Positions 35,612 through 45,278 of a stretch of DNA of 64,000 nt are shown piece by piece; within the stretch, counting starts at the first letter, position 1, and each line of letters begins with the position of its first letter. The notes beneath the pieces were generated by a model. That model had not been told where the DNA came from. It was given only the letters and a program-made list of their open reading frames with translations, and did no database searches. Position numbers and translations under genes: made by a program. The stretch is from assembly GCA_963770995.1 (NCBI GenBank), contig CAVYRS010000002.1, positions 43,500 through 107,499 of the forward strand. Direction: 5' to 3'. The DNA comes from an uncultured Acidobacteriota bacterium. GTDB lineage: Bacteria; Acidobacteriota; Vicinamibacteria; Vicinamibacterales; CAVVIG01.

Positions 35612-38600
35612 ATGCGGGTCGTTCGAACGCTCGGTGTGTGCGCGCTCGCCTCGCTGGTCTTCGCGGCGGAACGCTCGCCGCTCGTCGCGCAGGCCATCAG
35701 CGCGATCGATGCGGCGTTCCTCACGGGTCTTCGCTGGCGCAGCATCGGCCCCGCCAACACAGGCGGCCGCGTCGACGATGTGGCCGTGGCGCGCGTGCCC
35801 GGGGCTCCCGACGCGATCTACGTCGCCACCGCCAGCGGCGGCCTCTTCAAGAGCACCAACCAGGGCACGACGTGGGCGCCGGTGTTCGACCGCGTCGACG
35901 CGATGATGTCGATCGGCGACGTTGCGGTCGCGCCCTCGAGCCCGTCCACCGTCTGGGTCGGCACCGGCGAAGCCAACAACCGCCAGAGCTCGTCGTGGGG
36001 AGACGGCGTGTACAAGTCGGTCGACGCCGGAAGAACCTGGACGCCTGTCGGCCTCGCCGACACGAAGCACATCGGGCGCATCCTGATTCACCCCACCAAT
36101 CCATCGATCGTGTACGTCGCGGCCGCCGGTCATCTGTGGGGGCCGAACGCGGAACGGGGTGTGTTCAAGACCGTGGACGCCGGCCAGACCTGGCAGAAGG
36201 TGCTGTTCGTCGACGTCAACACGGGCGCAACCGATCTCGCGATGGATCCTCGGAACCCTGACGTGCTGTACGCCGCGATGTACCAGCGTCAGCGGGCGGC
36301 CTGGGGGTTCAATGGTGGCGGCACAGGCAGCGGGATTTTTCGGACACGTGACGGCGGCATCACGTGGACTAGGCTGACCGAAGGGTTGCCGAAAGGCGAA
36401 GTCGGTCGCATCGGCCTCGAAACATCGCTCGTCGACTCGGGTGTGCTGTACGCCGTTGTCGAGGCGGTGGGCCGCGACGGCGGCGTTTACCGGAGCACGG
36501 ACGGCGGCAATACGTGGGAGCACATGTCGCCGCTCAACCCGCGGCCGATGTATTACAGCCAGATTCGTCTCGATCCCAAGGATCGCAACCGCGTCTACCT
36601 GCTCGGCTCGAACCGCGGGTTCTACATCTCCGACGACAGCGCCCGGAGCTTCCGCGACGTGTTCAGCGGGGTCCACTCGGAGGATCACGCGCTGTGGATC
36701 GACCCGGACGACACGAATCACCTGATCGTCGGCGGCGACGGCGGCGTGTCGATCTCGTGGGACCGCGGGACGACGTGGCAGTTCCGCGACAACTTGCCGA
36801 TCGGCCAGTTCTACGAGATCGGCGTGGACATGCAGGATCCCTACAGCATCTGCGGCGGTCTGCAGGACAACGGCCATTGGTGCATCCCGAGCGCGACGCG
36901 GAATCGCACCGGCATCTCCAACCGCGACGGTTTCAACATCGGGAGCGGTGACGGCTTCTACACGCGCATCGATCCGACCGATCCGCGCACGGTGATCGTC
37001 GAATCGCAGGACGGCCGCGCGCACCGCGTCAACCTGGCCACCCTCGAGCGCCAGGTCATTGCGCCGCTTCCAGGCGAACGCAGTGCGAGGGGCGAGCGCG
37101 AACGCTGGAACTGGAACACGCCGATCGTGATGTCCGCTTTCGATCCCAAAGTTCTGTACATCGGATCGAGCATCGTCTTTCGCTCGCCCGATCTCGGCCT
37201 GACGTGGAAGGCGATCAGCCCGGACCTGACCGCGCGCGTCGATCGCGAGACGCTGCGCATGATGGACGCGCTCGTGCCGGAGCGCGCGGTTTCGAGACAC
37301 GACGGACAAACGTCGTTCTCGACGCTGACGACGATTGGCGAGTCGCCGCTCGACGCCAAACTCCTCTACACCGGCAGCGACGATGGTCAGGTGTTCGTCA
37401 CGCGGGATGGCGGCCAGAAGTGGACCAACGTCACGGCCAACATCCCTGCGCTGCCTCCATCCACGTACGTGAGCAGTGTTCTGCCCTCGCGGCACGTCGC
37501 CGGGCGCGTGTACGCCACCTTCGACGGGCACTTCAACGACGACTACCGCGCCTACATCTACGTGAGCGACGATTTCGGCCGCACCTGGCGACCGATCGCC
37601 GCCGGGCTGCCACAGACGTCGGTCAATCGTCTCCGCGAGCATCCGCGGAACGCCCGGCTGCTGTTCGTTGGGCACGAACGCGGGATCCACGTATCACTCG
37701 ACGCTGGCGCGTCATGGTCATCGCTCAACTTGAACATGCCGAATGTTCCGGTGGACGACCTGGTCATTCATCCGCGCGACAACGATCTGATTGCGGGCAC
37801 GCACGGCCGCAGCATCTGGGTGCTCGACAACATCGCGCCGTTGGAGGCCTTGACGAGCGACGCTGCGCGCACGGACGCGCACCTCGTGTCGCCGGCTCGC
37901 ACCCGGCTGCTCAGCGTCTACACGCCGCAGGCGTGGTTCGGCGCCGGTCAGTTCTTCGCGCCGAATCCCGAGTTCGGCGCGACCATCGACTACTTCCTGC
38001 CTGGGGCCTCGCCGGAAAACACGCAGGTGCTCATCAGTGACGCGAATCATCAACTCGTCCGGACACTCACGGTCCCATCCCGCCGCGGGCTGTCGCGAGT
38101 GACCTGGGATCTGCGATTCGAGCAACCGGCGACCGAAGTGGATCGGCAGACAGGGACCTCTCTGCTCGGTGGCGCCACGCCCTCGGGACCACTGGTCCTG
38201 CCGGGCTCGTACGGCATCGTCCTGAAGGCACCTGGCGTCCGCCGCGAGTTGAAGGCGACGCTCGTCGTCGACCGCGATCCGCGCGCCAGCTTCTCGGACG
38301 CCGATCGCCGGACCAGGCAAACCGCGCTCATGGACCTGTACGCGTTGCAGCAGACCCTCGGACGTGCGCGGGTCGCGTCGCGCGACGCCCGGCCGGCGCC
38401 GACGCAAGTCCAGGGCGCGATCGCGTCGCAGCTCACGGCGATTGGCAACCTCTCGCGCGCGATCGAAGGGTATTCCGGCGTGCCGACCATTGACCAGCAC
38501 CGCCAGATCGGACGGGCCTTCGACGAGGTGGCGAAAATCGTCGCCGAGGTGAATCGGCTGCTGCGATCGGACACCGCTGCCCAGCCGCAGCCGATACACG

Positions 38601-38620
38601 TGCCCCCAAAACGGTCGTAA
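35612..38620 (+). CDS. Secreted sortilin/VPS10-like BNR (Asp-box) repeat beta-propeller protein, paralog 1
   Basis: ATG at 35612 gives the signal peptide MRVVRTLGVCALASLVFAA. Asp-box-like repeats include KSTNQGTTW, KSVDAGRTW, KTVDAGQTW, RTRDGGITW, RSTDGGNTW and VTRDGGQKW. The 1002-aa ORF is intact. Confidence 0.85.
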   Translation: MRVVRTLGVCALASLVFAAERSPLVAQAISAIDAAFLTGLRWRSIGPANTGGRVDDVAVARVPGAPDAIYVATASGGLFKSTNQGTTWAPVFDRVDAMMSIGDVAVAPSSPSTVWVGTGEANNRQSSSWGDGVYKSVDAGRTWTPVGLADTKHIGRILIHPTNPSIVYVAAAGHLWGPNAERGVFKTVDAGQTWQKVLFVDVNTGATDLAMDPRNPDVLYAAMYQRQRAAWGFNGGGTGSGIFRTRDGGITWTRLTEGLPKGEVGRIGLETSLVDSGVLYAVVEAVGRDGGVYRSTDGGNTWEHMSPLNPRPMYYSQIRLDPKDRNRVYLLGSNRGFYISDDSARSFRDVFSGVHSEDHALWIDPDDTNHLIVGGDGGVSISWDRGTTWQFRDNLPIGQFYEIGVDMQDPYSICGGLQDNGHWCIPSATRNRTGISNRDGFNIGSGDGFYTRIDPTDPRTVIVESQDGRAHRVNLATLERQVIAPLPGERSARGERERWNWNTPIVMSAFDPKVLYIGSSIVFRSPDLGLTWKAISPDLTARVDRETLRMMDALVPERAVSRHDGQTSFSTLTTIGESPLDAKLLYTGSDDGQVFVTRDGGQKWTNVTANIPALPPSTYVSSVLPSRHVAGRVYATFDGHFNDDYRAYIYVSDDFGRTWRPIAAGLPQTSVNRLREHPRNARLLFVGHERGIHVSLDAGASWSSLNLNMPNVPVDDLVIHPRDNDLIAGTHGRSIWVLDNIAPLEALTSDAARTDAHLVSPARTRLLSVYTPQAWFGAGQFFAPNPEFGATIDYFLPGASPENTQVLISDANHQLVRTLTVPSRRGLSRVTWDLRFEQPATEVDRQTGTSLLGGATPSGPLVLPGSYGIVLKAPGVRRELKATLVVDRDPRASFSDADRRTRQTALMDLYALQQTLGRARVASRDARPAPTQVQGAIASQLTAIGNLSRAIEGYSGVPTIDQHRQIGRAFDEVAKIVAEVNRLLRSDTAAQPQPIHVPPKRS

Positions 38621-38671
38621 ATCGCGTGCTGCCGAGCCTCGGTTGGCCGGAGTCTTGGATCGATTTCCACT

Positions 38672-40096
38672 ATGGCCTTCCGAGGAGTCATTACAGCTGC
38701 GCTCCTTTCCCTCTCCACGCTCCCGCTTGGCGTCGCGCCGGCCCCCGCGTTGGACCCGACGTTCTTCGCGATCCGCGACGCGGTCACGCTGCGGCTCGAA
38801 GGTCCATTCAACGAGCTCTTCGTCCGAGCTGGACAGAATCAAAAGGAGACGGACCCGAGCTCGGCGGTTACAGGGAAGATGACCGTCACGCATCGCGGTC
38901 GCGACACGGCCATCGACGGGGTACAGATCGCCGTGCGCGGCCACACGAGCCGGCGGCCCGGTGAATGTCCGTTCCCGAAGCTGAAGCTGACCGTGCCGTC
39001 GAGTCATCCGGCGACGGAAACCGTTCTGGGCGGCCAGTCGGTGCTGAAGATCGGCACGCACTGCGGCGAGACGGCCGGAGAAATCATCAGCAAAAAGTAC
39101 GGCCGACTCTTGAACGAGCAATCCCCGGTTCGCGAGGCCTTTGTTTATCACCTGCTCGAGGTCGTCGGCGCGCCGACGCTGAAGGCCCGTCAGGCCCGCA
39201 TCACGTACGTGTACACGGACCCCCGAGCCGAGGCGCCGAACCAGCGGCAGCCCTTCGTGCGCAACGCCGTGGTCATCGAAGACGACGACGACGCCATGAA
39301 GCGGCTCGGTGGGACGCGGCAGCTCACCGAGAAGACGTTCTCGAATGCGCGCGAGCAGTTCTCAGTCGCCGACACGGCCATCGTGGCGTTCGCCCAGGCG
39401 ATGATCGGCAACTTCGACTGGTGTCTCAAGATGACGCGCGACGACGCGTATCGCTGCAACGTGCGGCATCCGCTGTGGAACGTGCTCGCCATCGTCGGCG
39501 CCGACGGCAAGACGCGCCCGCTGATCTACGACTTCGACGTCGCCGGCATGGTGGCGGGCCAACATCGCTGGTTCAAGGACGTCTACAACGAGGCGTTCCT
39601 CGCGTCGAGATCACATCCGGCTGTCGAGGTCGTCGGGCAGGTTCAGCGGACGCGCTCGCTGTTCGAGCGCCGCGATCTGGAGGCCGCCCGGGCGCACTTC
39701 AAGCAGAAGAAGGATGATGCCTACGGCGCGCTGGACTCGTCGAACGTCGACGCGGCCGGCAAGCGCATCATCCGCGAGTACCTCGACGCCTTCTTCGAGG
39801 CGATCGGATCGGACGAAGCGTTCTATCGCCCTGCGGTCGTGGTCAGCGGCATGCGCGCCTACGCCGATGCCGCACAAGCCAGCGCCGTGTGCGGGGCGAT
39901 GGGCACGATCCCCGTCGGCACGGTCGTCACCGAGCCGCTGGAGACATCGGATCGAATGATGCGCGTGATCCTCCTCGATACGCAGTGGCAATGGGCCACG
40001 CCCAAGCCGTGCGCGGCCATCCACGACGGGCCGGTGTGGATTCAGCGCGACGCGGTGAGCCGCGAGTATCCGGCCGGCGCCTCAGCCAAGCCTTAG
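38672..40096 (+). CDS. Secreted hypothetical protein (possible CotH-like fold)
   Basis: A 474-aa intact ORF with a signal peptide (MAFRGVITAALLSLSTLPLGVAPAPA). The order of motifs (PFPKLKL, VREAFVYHLLEVVGAP, IGNFDW, IYDFDVAG) is reminiscent of CotH kinases. This is unverified. Confidence 0.7.
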   Translation: MAFRGVITAALLSLSTLPLGVAPAPALDPTFFAIRDAVTLRLEGPFNELFVRAGQNQKETDPSSAVTGKMTVTHRGRDTAIDGVQIAVRGHTSRRPGECPFPKLKLTVPSSHPATETVLGGQSVLKIGTHCGETAGEIISKKYGRLLNEQSPVREAFVYHLLEVVGAPTLKARQARITYVYTDPRAEAPNQRQPFVRNAVVIEDDDDAMKRLGGTRQLTEKTFSNAREQFSVADTAIVAFAQAMIGNFDWCLKMTRDDAYRCNVRHPLWNVLAIVGADGKTRPLIYDFDVAGMVAGQHRWFKDVYNEAFLASRSHPAVEVVGQVQRTRSLFERRDLEAARAHFKQKKDDAYGALDSSNVDAAGKRIIREYLDAFFEAIGSDEAFYRPAVVVSGMRAYADAAQASAVCGAMGTIPVGTVVTEPLETSDRMMRVILLDTQWQWATPKPCAAIHDGPVWIQRDAVSREYPAGASAKP

Positions 40097-40941
40097 TAGG
40101 TGGTCGCGCCGACGCTGCACGCGTCGGGCCGGCCCGACTCCATCCCGCGACGGAACCACTCGACCCGCTGCGCCGAGCTGCCGTGCGTGAACCGTTCCGG
40201 CATCACGCGGCCGCTGGACATCCGCTGCAGGCGGTCATCGCCAATCGATGCCGCGGCGCGCAACGCTTCTTCAGCATCACCCGGCTCCAGCTCGACGCGG
40301 CCCGCCTGGAACCGCCCGTTCTGCGAAGCCGCGTAGCCCCAAATACCGGCGAAGCAGTCGGCCTGCAGTTCCAGCGCGACCGAGGCGCTACTGGGACCTG
40401 AGCGGCGATCCTGTTGCGCGCGCTCCATGATGCCCAGAAGGTTCTGCACGTGATGGCCCAGCTCGTGCGTAATCACGTACGCCTGCGCGAAGTCGCCAGG
40501 CGCGCCGAAGCGCTCAGACAACTCGCTGAAAAATCCAAGGTCGAGATAGACCTTCTGATCGTTCGGACAATAGAACGGACCGGTTGCCGACTGAGCCGAC
40601 CCGCACGCGGAGTCGATTCCATCCCGGAACAACACGACCCGCGTCGGCTGGTAGCGGCTGCCGAGCACCTGGCTCCAGGTGGCCTGGGCGTCGCCCATCA
40701 CCGCGTCGACGAAGTCCACCATCCGCTCTTCCGCGGGCGACGCTGGCGTCGAGCCCGAAGTGCCGATGGTTTCCCTCGGCGCGATGGTGTCCGTGCCGAG
40801 CAGCGAGAACAGATTGGTGCCCGTAAGCCAGCTGAGCGCGAGGACGACGAGGAGTCCTCCGATGCCCATAGTGGCAACGCGACCGCCCGATCGGCCGCGC
40901 ATGTCTTCGACGTTGCTGCGATCTCCAGGTGCCCAGCGCAT
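40093..40941 (-). CDS. ypfJ: YpfJ-family putative neutral zinc metallopeptidase
   Basis: ATG at 40941 gives MRWAPGDRSNVEDMRG, a TM segment, then GPFYCPNDQKVYLDLGF, AYVITHELGHHVQ and LELQADCFAG. Confidence 0.85.
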   Translation of the reverse strand: MRWAPGDRSNVEDMRGRSGGRVATMGIGGLLVVLALSWLTGTNLFSLLGTDTIAPRETIGTSGSTPASPAEERMVDFVDAVMGDAQATWSQVLGSRYQPTRVVLFRDGIDSACGSAQSATGPFYCPNDQKVYLDLGFFSELSERFGAPGDFAQAYVITHELGHHVQNLLGIMERAQQDRRSGPSSASVALELQADCFAGIWGYAASQNGRFQAGRVELEPGDAEEALRAAASIGDDRLQRMSSGRVMPERFTHGSSAQRVEWFRRGMESGRPDACSVGATTY

Positions 40942-41007
40942 AGCCCACCCCTCCACGGGACGGGTGTTCAAGAACGATACCGCCACGACGGCCCGGACTG
41001 GGGCCCT

Positions 41008-41097
41008 GGGGTCAGACCCCGATAGACGGATTTAGGCCAGTTTTTCGCCAAACTGCGCTCAGATCGGCCAGGCCGTGCCGAAATGGGGTCAGACCCC
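41008..41097. repeat. Two short REP family 3 palindromes (ggggtcagacccc) 65 nt apart
   Basis: The copies are at 41008-41020 and 41085-41097, in the gap between the ypfJ start and the oxidoreductase stop. Confidence 0.8.
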
Positions 41098-41117
41098 AGC
41101 CTGGGCAACGCTTGCGA

Positions 41118-42128
41118 TCAGGTTGCAGATTCTGGCGAGACCCGAACGATCAGTTTGCCGAAATTGCGGCCTTCGAACAGCCCAATCAACGCCGTCGGCG
41201 CCGATTCGAGGCCGTCGACGATGTCCTCGCGATACTTCAGTTTCCCCGACGCCACCAGCGGCGCGCATTCCTGAATGAACGCCGGGAACCGATCGTTGTG
41301 ATCGGAGATGATGAATCCTTTGATCATCGCGCGGTGCACGAGCAGCGGACGGAGGTTCGGTCCGCCGGGATTCGATGTGGCGTTGTATTCCGAGATCAAG
41401 CCGCAGAGGGGAATCCGCGCGCCGCGATTGAGCATACGCAGCACGGCGGCCAGGACAGCGCCGCCGACGTTCTCGAAGTAGATGTCGACGCCTGCGGGAC
41501 ATGCCGCGGCGAGCGCCGACGGGAAGTCGTCCGCCTTATAGCTGACGCAGGCGTCGAAGCCCAACTCGTCGACGACATAACGGCACTTCTCCGCCGCTCC
41601 GGCGACGCCGACGGCGCGGCAGCCGCGCGTCTTCGCGAGTTGCCCCACGATCGAACCGACGGCCCCGGACGCGGCCGAAACAACAACGGTTTCTCCCGCC
41701 TTCGGCTGTCCGATGTCGAGCAGCCCCACGTACGCCGTCATCCCCGGCATTCCCAGCACGCCGATCGCCGTCGTCATCGGCACCTTCGTGGCGTCGATGA
41801 CGCGCAGGTCTGTTCCGTTCGTCACGCGGTAGTCCTGCCAGCCGTCGTACCCGGCGACGATGTCCCCCGCGCGGAAGCCCGGATGGTGCGACTCCACGAT
41901 CTGGCTGACGGTGTGGCCGCACATCACGTCGCCGACCGCGACTGGCGCTGAGTACGAGGGCGCGTCGCTCATGCGTCCACGCATGTACGGATCGAGCGAG
42001 AGATAGATCGTTCGCCGCAGCACCTCGCCGTCCGCGATATCCGGTACTGGCGCCTCCGCGATGTCGAACACGTCTGGCGTGGGCGTCCCGTGTGGACGCT
42101 TTTTGAGTCGAACCTGTCGGTTGATCAC
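41118..42128 (-). CDS. NADP-dependent oxidoreductase, medium-chain dehydrogenase/reductase family (YncB/CurA/prostaglandin reductase-like)
   Basis: A GTG at 42128 overlaps the upstream stop (GTGA). Motifs are VINRQVRLKKRPHGTPTPDVF, YLSLDPYMRGRM, ETVVVSAASGAVGSIVGQLAK and GKLIVRV. Confidence 0.85.
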   Translation of the reverse strand: MINRQVRLKKRPHGTPTPDVFDIAEAPVPDIADGEVLRRTIYLSLDPYMRGRMSDAPSYSAPVAVGDVMCGHTVSQIVESHHPGFRAGDIVAGYDGWQDYRVTNGTDLRVIDATKVPMTTAIGVLGMPGMTAYVGLLDIGQPKAGETVVVSAASGAVGSIVGQLAKTRGCRAVGVAGAAEKCRYVVDELGFDACVSYKADDFPSALAAACPAGVDIYFENVGGAVLAAVLRMLNRGARIPLCGLISEYNATSNPGGPNLRPLLVHRAMIKGFIISDHNDRFPAFIQECAPLVASGKLKYREDIVDGLESAPTALIGLFEGRNFGKLIVRVSPESAT

Positions 42129-44068
42129 TGTGCGGCCTTTGCGGCCCTGGCGTCCTTCGCGTCCATCAACACGTCCCACGTGTCGGTGGATCGCTGCAGA
42201 ACCCGGGGCAGGTCGTCGTAGATGAGATATCCCTTCAACACGAGCGCGTCGCCCACCTGCTCGAGTTTGGCGTTGTAGGCATCCCGCGTTCCGTACCGCT
42301 CTTCGATGGAGCGGCGCGGATCCTTTGCGGCCTCGCGAGCCGGGCGCGACAACGGAAACGGGATTGCCGAGCCGAGCAGCGACACGAGATCGCCGGAGGC
42401 GCCGATCGAGGCGTTGCGGAAATTCCAGCCGGTGTACGTGGCGAGCGGCACGGCCACGTCCGGCAGCCGGATCCCGGCGCGCTCGTTGCCGTCCTCATCC
42501 ACTGCCGGCACCAGGAGCGGCAGCGGAGCGCCTGCTCCAGCTCCACCGGGCAGCAACGGATTCGCCACGCGCGGACCGGCGGACAACCCCTTCGGCGACG
42601 CGACGCCGGGAAGCGCGGGAAACGTGAGTGCGCTCGCCCTGACCAGCGTGCCGTCTTTGATCATCGGATACGCGCTCGGCGGCGGCGCGGTCCCGGCGTT
42701 CACCCACCGCTGCATGGCGAGCAGCAAGGCGCGCATCACCCATCCGTGGTCGACGGGATTGTCGGGCTGCTGGCCGTTGCTGACCGTGGGCGGAAAGCGA
42801 GCGGGTCCATGCTGTGTGCCGGCCAGGAAATAGACGCGAACATTGTCAGGCAGCGGGAGATCGGCGGTGCCGTCCGGCGTCGTGTGAATCAGCGCCGCGG
42901 CGCGTCCGGTGCCCCAATATTCCACGGAGGTGTTCGTGTAGAACACTTTCGGCTGGTTCAGGCGGGCGCGCGGATTGTCGAGCAGGCCGTCGGTGGCGCC
43001 GCTCACCGGGTCGCGCAGCGCCGCGTCGGCGAACGGAAAAGCCGTCGCGCTGTGGACGCTCAAATTGGTGGGCATCGACCAGCGTGCGTTCAGGTCGATA
43101 CGCGCCGCTCCCGCAATGTGCGCCATCACGCCGTCGAACACCTGGCGATCGCGCTCGTCCGTGTTGAAGCCGTGGTAAAGGAAGTCGCGGAGAAAGCGTC
43201 CGCTCTGCGAGGAGCCCCACGCGATCGCGCGCTGCACGCTGCTCTCGTCGCGGCGTTCGTGTTTCAGCCACGTCGCGAAATCGCGCATGGCGACGAATCC
43301 AAGACCCGCGATCGGCGGATTCGCCACGCGATAGGCGACTTCGTAGGTTTTACCCGGCTCGAAGCCGCCGTCCAGCGTGATCGTGTGCCCTTTCACGCGC
43401 CAGCGGTTGCGCGCGACCGGCTCGCTCTTCCCGAGGAACGTCGAGCGCACCGTCAACTGGCTGTCCGGTCCCTCGGGATCGATCGCGTCGTAGCGTTCGA
43501 GCTCGCGCGGCGTCGTGTCGGCCGTCCGCGCGTTGGGCGTGAACGCGAGGCGCACCACGCCGCTGATCGGCTTGCCGCCGTCGGTCGGCACCGGCACGTT
43601 GATCCGCATCCGATCGCCGTCGGCCGCCACGTCGAACTCCCAGCCCACCCAGGCGATGGTGAAGCCGAATCGCATCAGAAATTTGTCGCCGAGATCGGCG
43701 TCGCCCTGGGGATCGGGCGAGGGTCCGCCACGATTGAAAAGCCGGATGGCGCCTCGGCCGCCGCGATTCGACACCTCCACGAGGACGCTGCCGTTGCCCC
43801 GCATCTGATCTTTGGGGCGGATGATGTAGAGGTCGGCGGAGAACTCCACGCGCCCGGATGCGGCGCGCGGCGCGTTGTCCAGATCGACGACGACCGCGTT
43901 GCGCGGGTTCTTGGGATCCACGCTGAAGTGCACGGTGCCGGCGACCTTCTCGTAGCCCGACAGCCCGATGTCCGCGCGCTTCGTGATGTCCACGCGCATC
44001 ACCTCGGCTCGAGCGGTGCCCGTCCAGCCGATCGCGACGACAACAATGAGCGGAATATGGCGGTTCAT
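42125..44068 (-). CDS. Secreted alpha/beta-hydrolase-domain-like protein of unknown function
   Basis: ATG at 44068 gives MNRHIPLIVVVAIGWTGTARA. Conserved-looking stretches are AIAWGSSQSGRFLRDFLYHGFN and YFLAGTQHG. The ORF N-terminal extension is REP1-derived. Confidence 0.7.
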   Translation of the reverse strand: MNRHIPLIVVVAIGWTGTARAEVMRVDITKRADIGLSGYEKVAGTVHFSVDPKNPRNAVVVDLDNAPRAASGRVEFSADLYIIRPKDQMRGNGSVLVEVSNRGGRGAIRLFNRGGPSPDPQGDADLGDKFLMRFGFTIAWVGWEFDVAADGDRMRINVPVPTDGGKPISGVVRLAFTPNARTADTTPRELERYDAIDPEGPDSQLTVRSTFLGKSEPVARNRWRVKGHTITLDGGFEPGKTYEVAYRVANPPIAGLGFVAMRDFATWLKHERRDESSVQRAIAWGSSQSGRFLRDFLYHGFNTDERDRQVFDGVMAHIAGAARIDLNARWSMPTNLSVHSATAFPFADAALRDPVSGATDGLLDNPRARLNQPKVFYTNTSVEYWGTGRAAALIHTTPDGTADLPLPDNVRVYFLAGTQHGPARFPPTVSNGQQPDNPVDHGWVMRALLLAMQRWVNAGTAPPPSAYPMIKDGTLVRASALTFPALPGVASPKGLSAGPRVANPLLPGGAGAGAPLPLLVPAVDEDGNERAGIRLPDVAVPLATYTGWNFRNASIGASGDLVSLLGSAIPFPLSRPAREAAKDPRRSIEERYGTRDAYNAKLEQVGDALVLKGYLIYDDLPRVLQRSTDTWDVLMDAKDARAAKAAQ

Positions 44069-44095
44069 CGCGGGTATTATGCACGACCCATCGGC

Positions 44096-44128
44096 GTAGG
44101 TCCGGCTAAAGCCGGACCCCACGTACGC
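44096..44128. repeat. REP family 1 single unit
   Basis: The sequence gtaggtccggctaaagccggaccccacgtacgc lies in a divergent intergenic region. Confidence 0.85.
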
Positions 44129-44165
44129 TAGCGTCCCAGCGCTCAGGCAGCGATAATGTGACTCC

Positions 44166-45278
44166 ATGATGGTCTTGCGCTTCATCCTCGCCGCACTCGT
44201 GGCCGGCCCGCTCTTCCAGGCCGCCCAGCCGAGCTTCCAGGAACGCGACTTTCTCTCGCGGATCAGGCGCCTGACGGTCGAAGGCCGCCGCGCCGGCGAG
44301 GGCTACTGGTCGCCCGACGGCAAGCGCCTCGTGTTTCAAAGCGAGCGCGAACCGGGCAACCCGTTCTATCAAATCTACGCGGTCGATTTGACGACCGGCG
44401 ACACCAAGCGCATTTCGCCCGGCATGGGCAAGACGACCTGCGCGTTCTTCCGGCCCGGCACCGACGAGATCGAGTACGCGTCGACGCACGCCGATCCCAA
44501 GTCGAAGCAGCTGCAAGAAGAAGAGCTCGCCATTCGCGCGTCCGGCAAGGAGCGCCGCTACTCGTGGGACTACGACGCGGAGATGGACATCTATTCCCAC
44601 AACGAGAAGACCGGCGCGAGCAAGCGGCTCACGACGGCGCGCGGCTACGACGCCGAGGGCAGCTACTCGCCCGACGGACAGTGGATCGTGTTCGCGTCGA
44701 TGCGCAGCGCCTACGACCATCCGCTCAACGACAAGGAAAAGAAATCGCTCGGGGAGAACCCGAGCAACTTCGCCGAGATCTACGTGATGCGTCACGACGG
44801 CTCGGATCAGAAGCGCCTGACGAACGTGTGGGGCTACGACGGCGGTCCGTTCTTCACGCAGGACGGGAAGAAGATCGTCTGGCGCCGCTTCGACGAACAG
44901 GGCCTGATCGCCGACGTGTGGACGATGAACCCGGATGGATCGGATCAGAAGCAGATCACCGACTTCGCGTCCATGAGCTGGGCGCCCTACATGCACCCGT
45001 CCGGCCAGTACATCCTGTTCGCCTCGAACAAGCTCGGGTTCGAGAACTTCGAGGTGTTCATGGTCGACGCGCAGGGCGCGAAAGAGCCGGTCCGCGTGAC
45101 CTACTCCGACGGCTTCGACGGCCTGCCGGTGCCCTCCCCCGACGGCAAGACGCTCGCGTGGACCTCGAGCCGCTCGGGCGGATCGGCCGGGCAACTGTTT
45201 CTCGCGCAGTGGAACCATGAAAAGGCGCTCGAAGCGTTGAAGGCCGCGCCGCCGAAGAAACCGAGCAAAAAATCATGA
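44166..45278 (+). CDS. Secreted TolB-like PD40/WD40 beta-propeller protein
   Basis: The signal peptide is MMVLRFILAALVAGPLFQAA. PD40-like repeats include YWSPDGKRLVFQS, GSYSPDGQWIVFAS, PFFTQDGKKIVW, MHPSGQYILFAS and PSPDGKTLAWTS. Confidence 0.85.
   Translation: MMVLRFILAALVAGPLFQAAQPSFQERDFLSRIRRLTVEGRRAGEGYWSPDGKRLVFQSEREPGNPFYQIYAVDLTTGDTKRISPGMGKTTCAFFRPGTDEIEYASTHADPKSKQLQEEELAIRASGKERRYSWDYDAEMDIYSHNEKTGASKRLTTARGYDAEGSYSPDGQWIVFASMRSAYDHPLNDKEKKSLGENPSNFAEIYVMRHDGSDQKRLTNVWGYDGGPFFTQDGKKIVWRRFDEQGLIADVWTMNPDGSDQKQITDFASMSWAPYMHPSGQYILFASNKLGFENFEVFMVDAQGAKEPVRVTYSDGFDGLPVPSPDGKTLAWTSSRSGGSAGQLFLAQWNHEKALEALKAAPPKKPSKKS

Noticed and set aside
35594-37690. A 698-aa minus-strand ORF lies opposite the BNR paralog 1 gene. 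There are similar long antisense or off-frame ORFs at 4300..5385, 8214..8849, 13351..14355, 21356..22519, 21517..22779, 42746..44131, 44106..45218, 46034..47188, 48903..49874, 59934..60968 and 59941..60948.
   Set aside because: Their translations are Arg/Ala/Gly/Pro-rich with no recognisable motifs. Each fully overlaps a gene with clear family signatures in another frame. These are the typical shadow ORFs of high-GC DNA.
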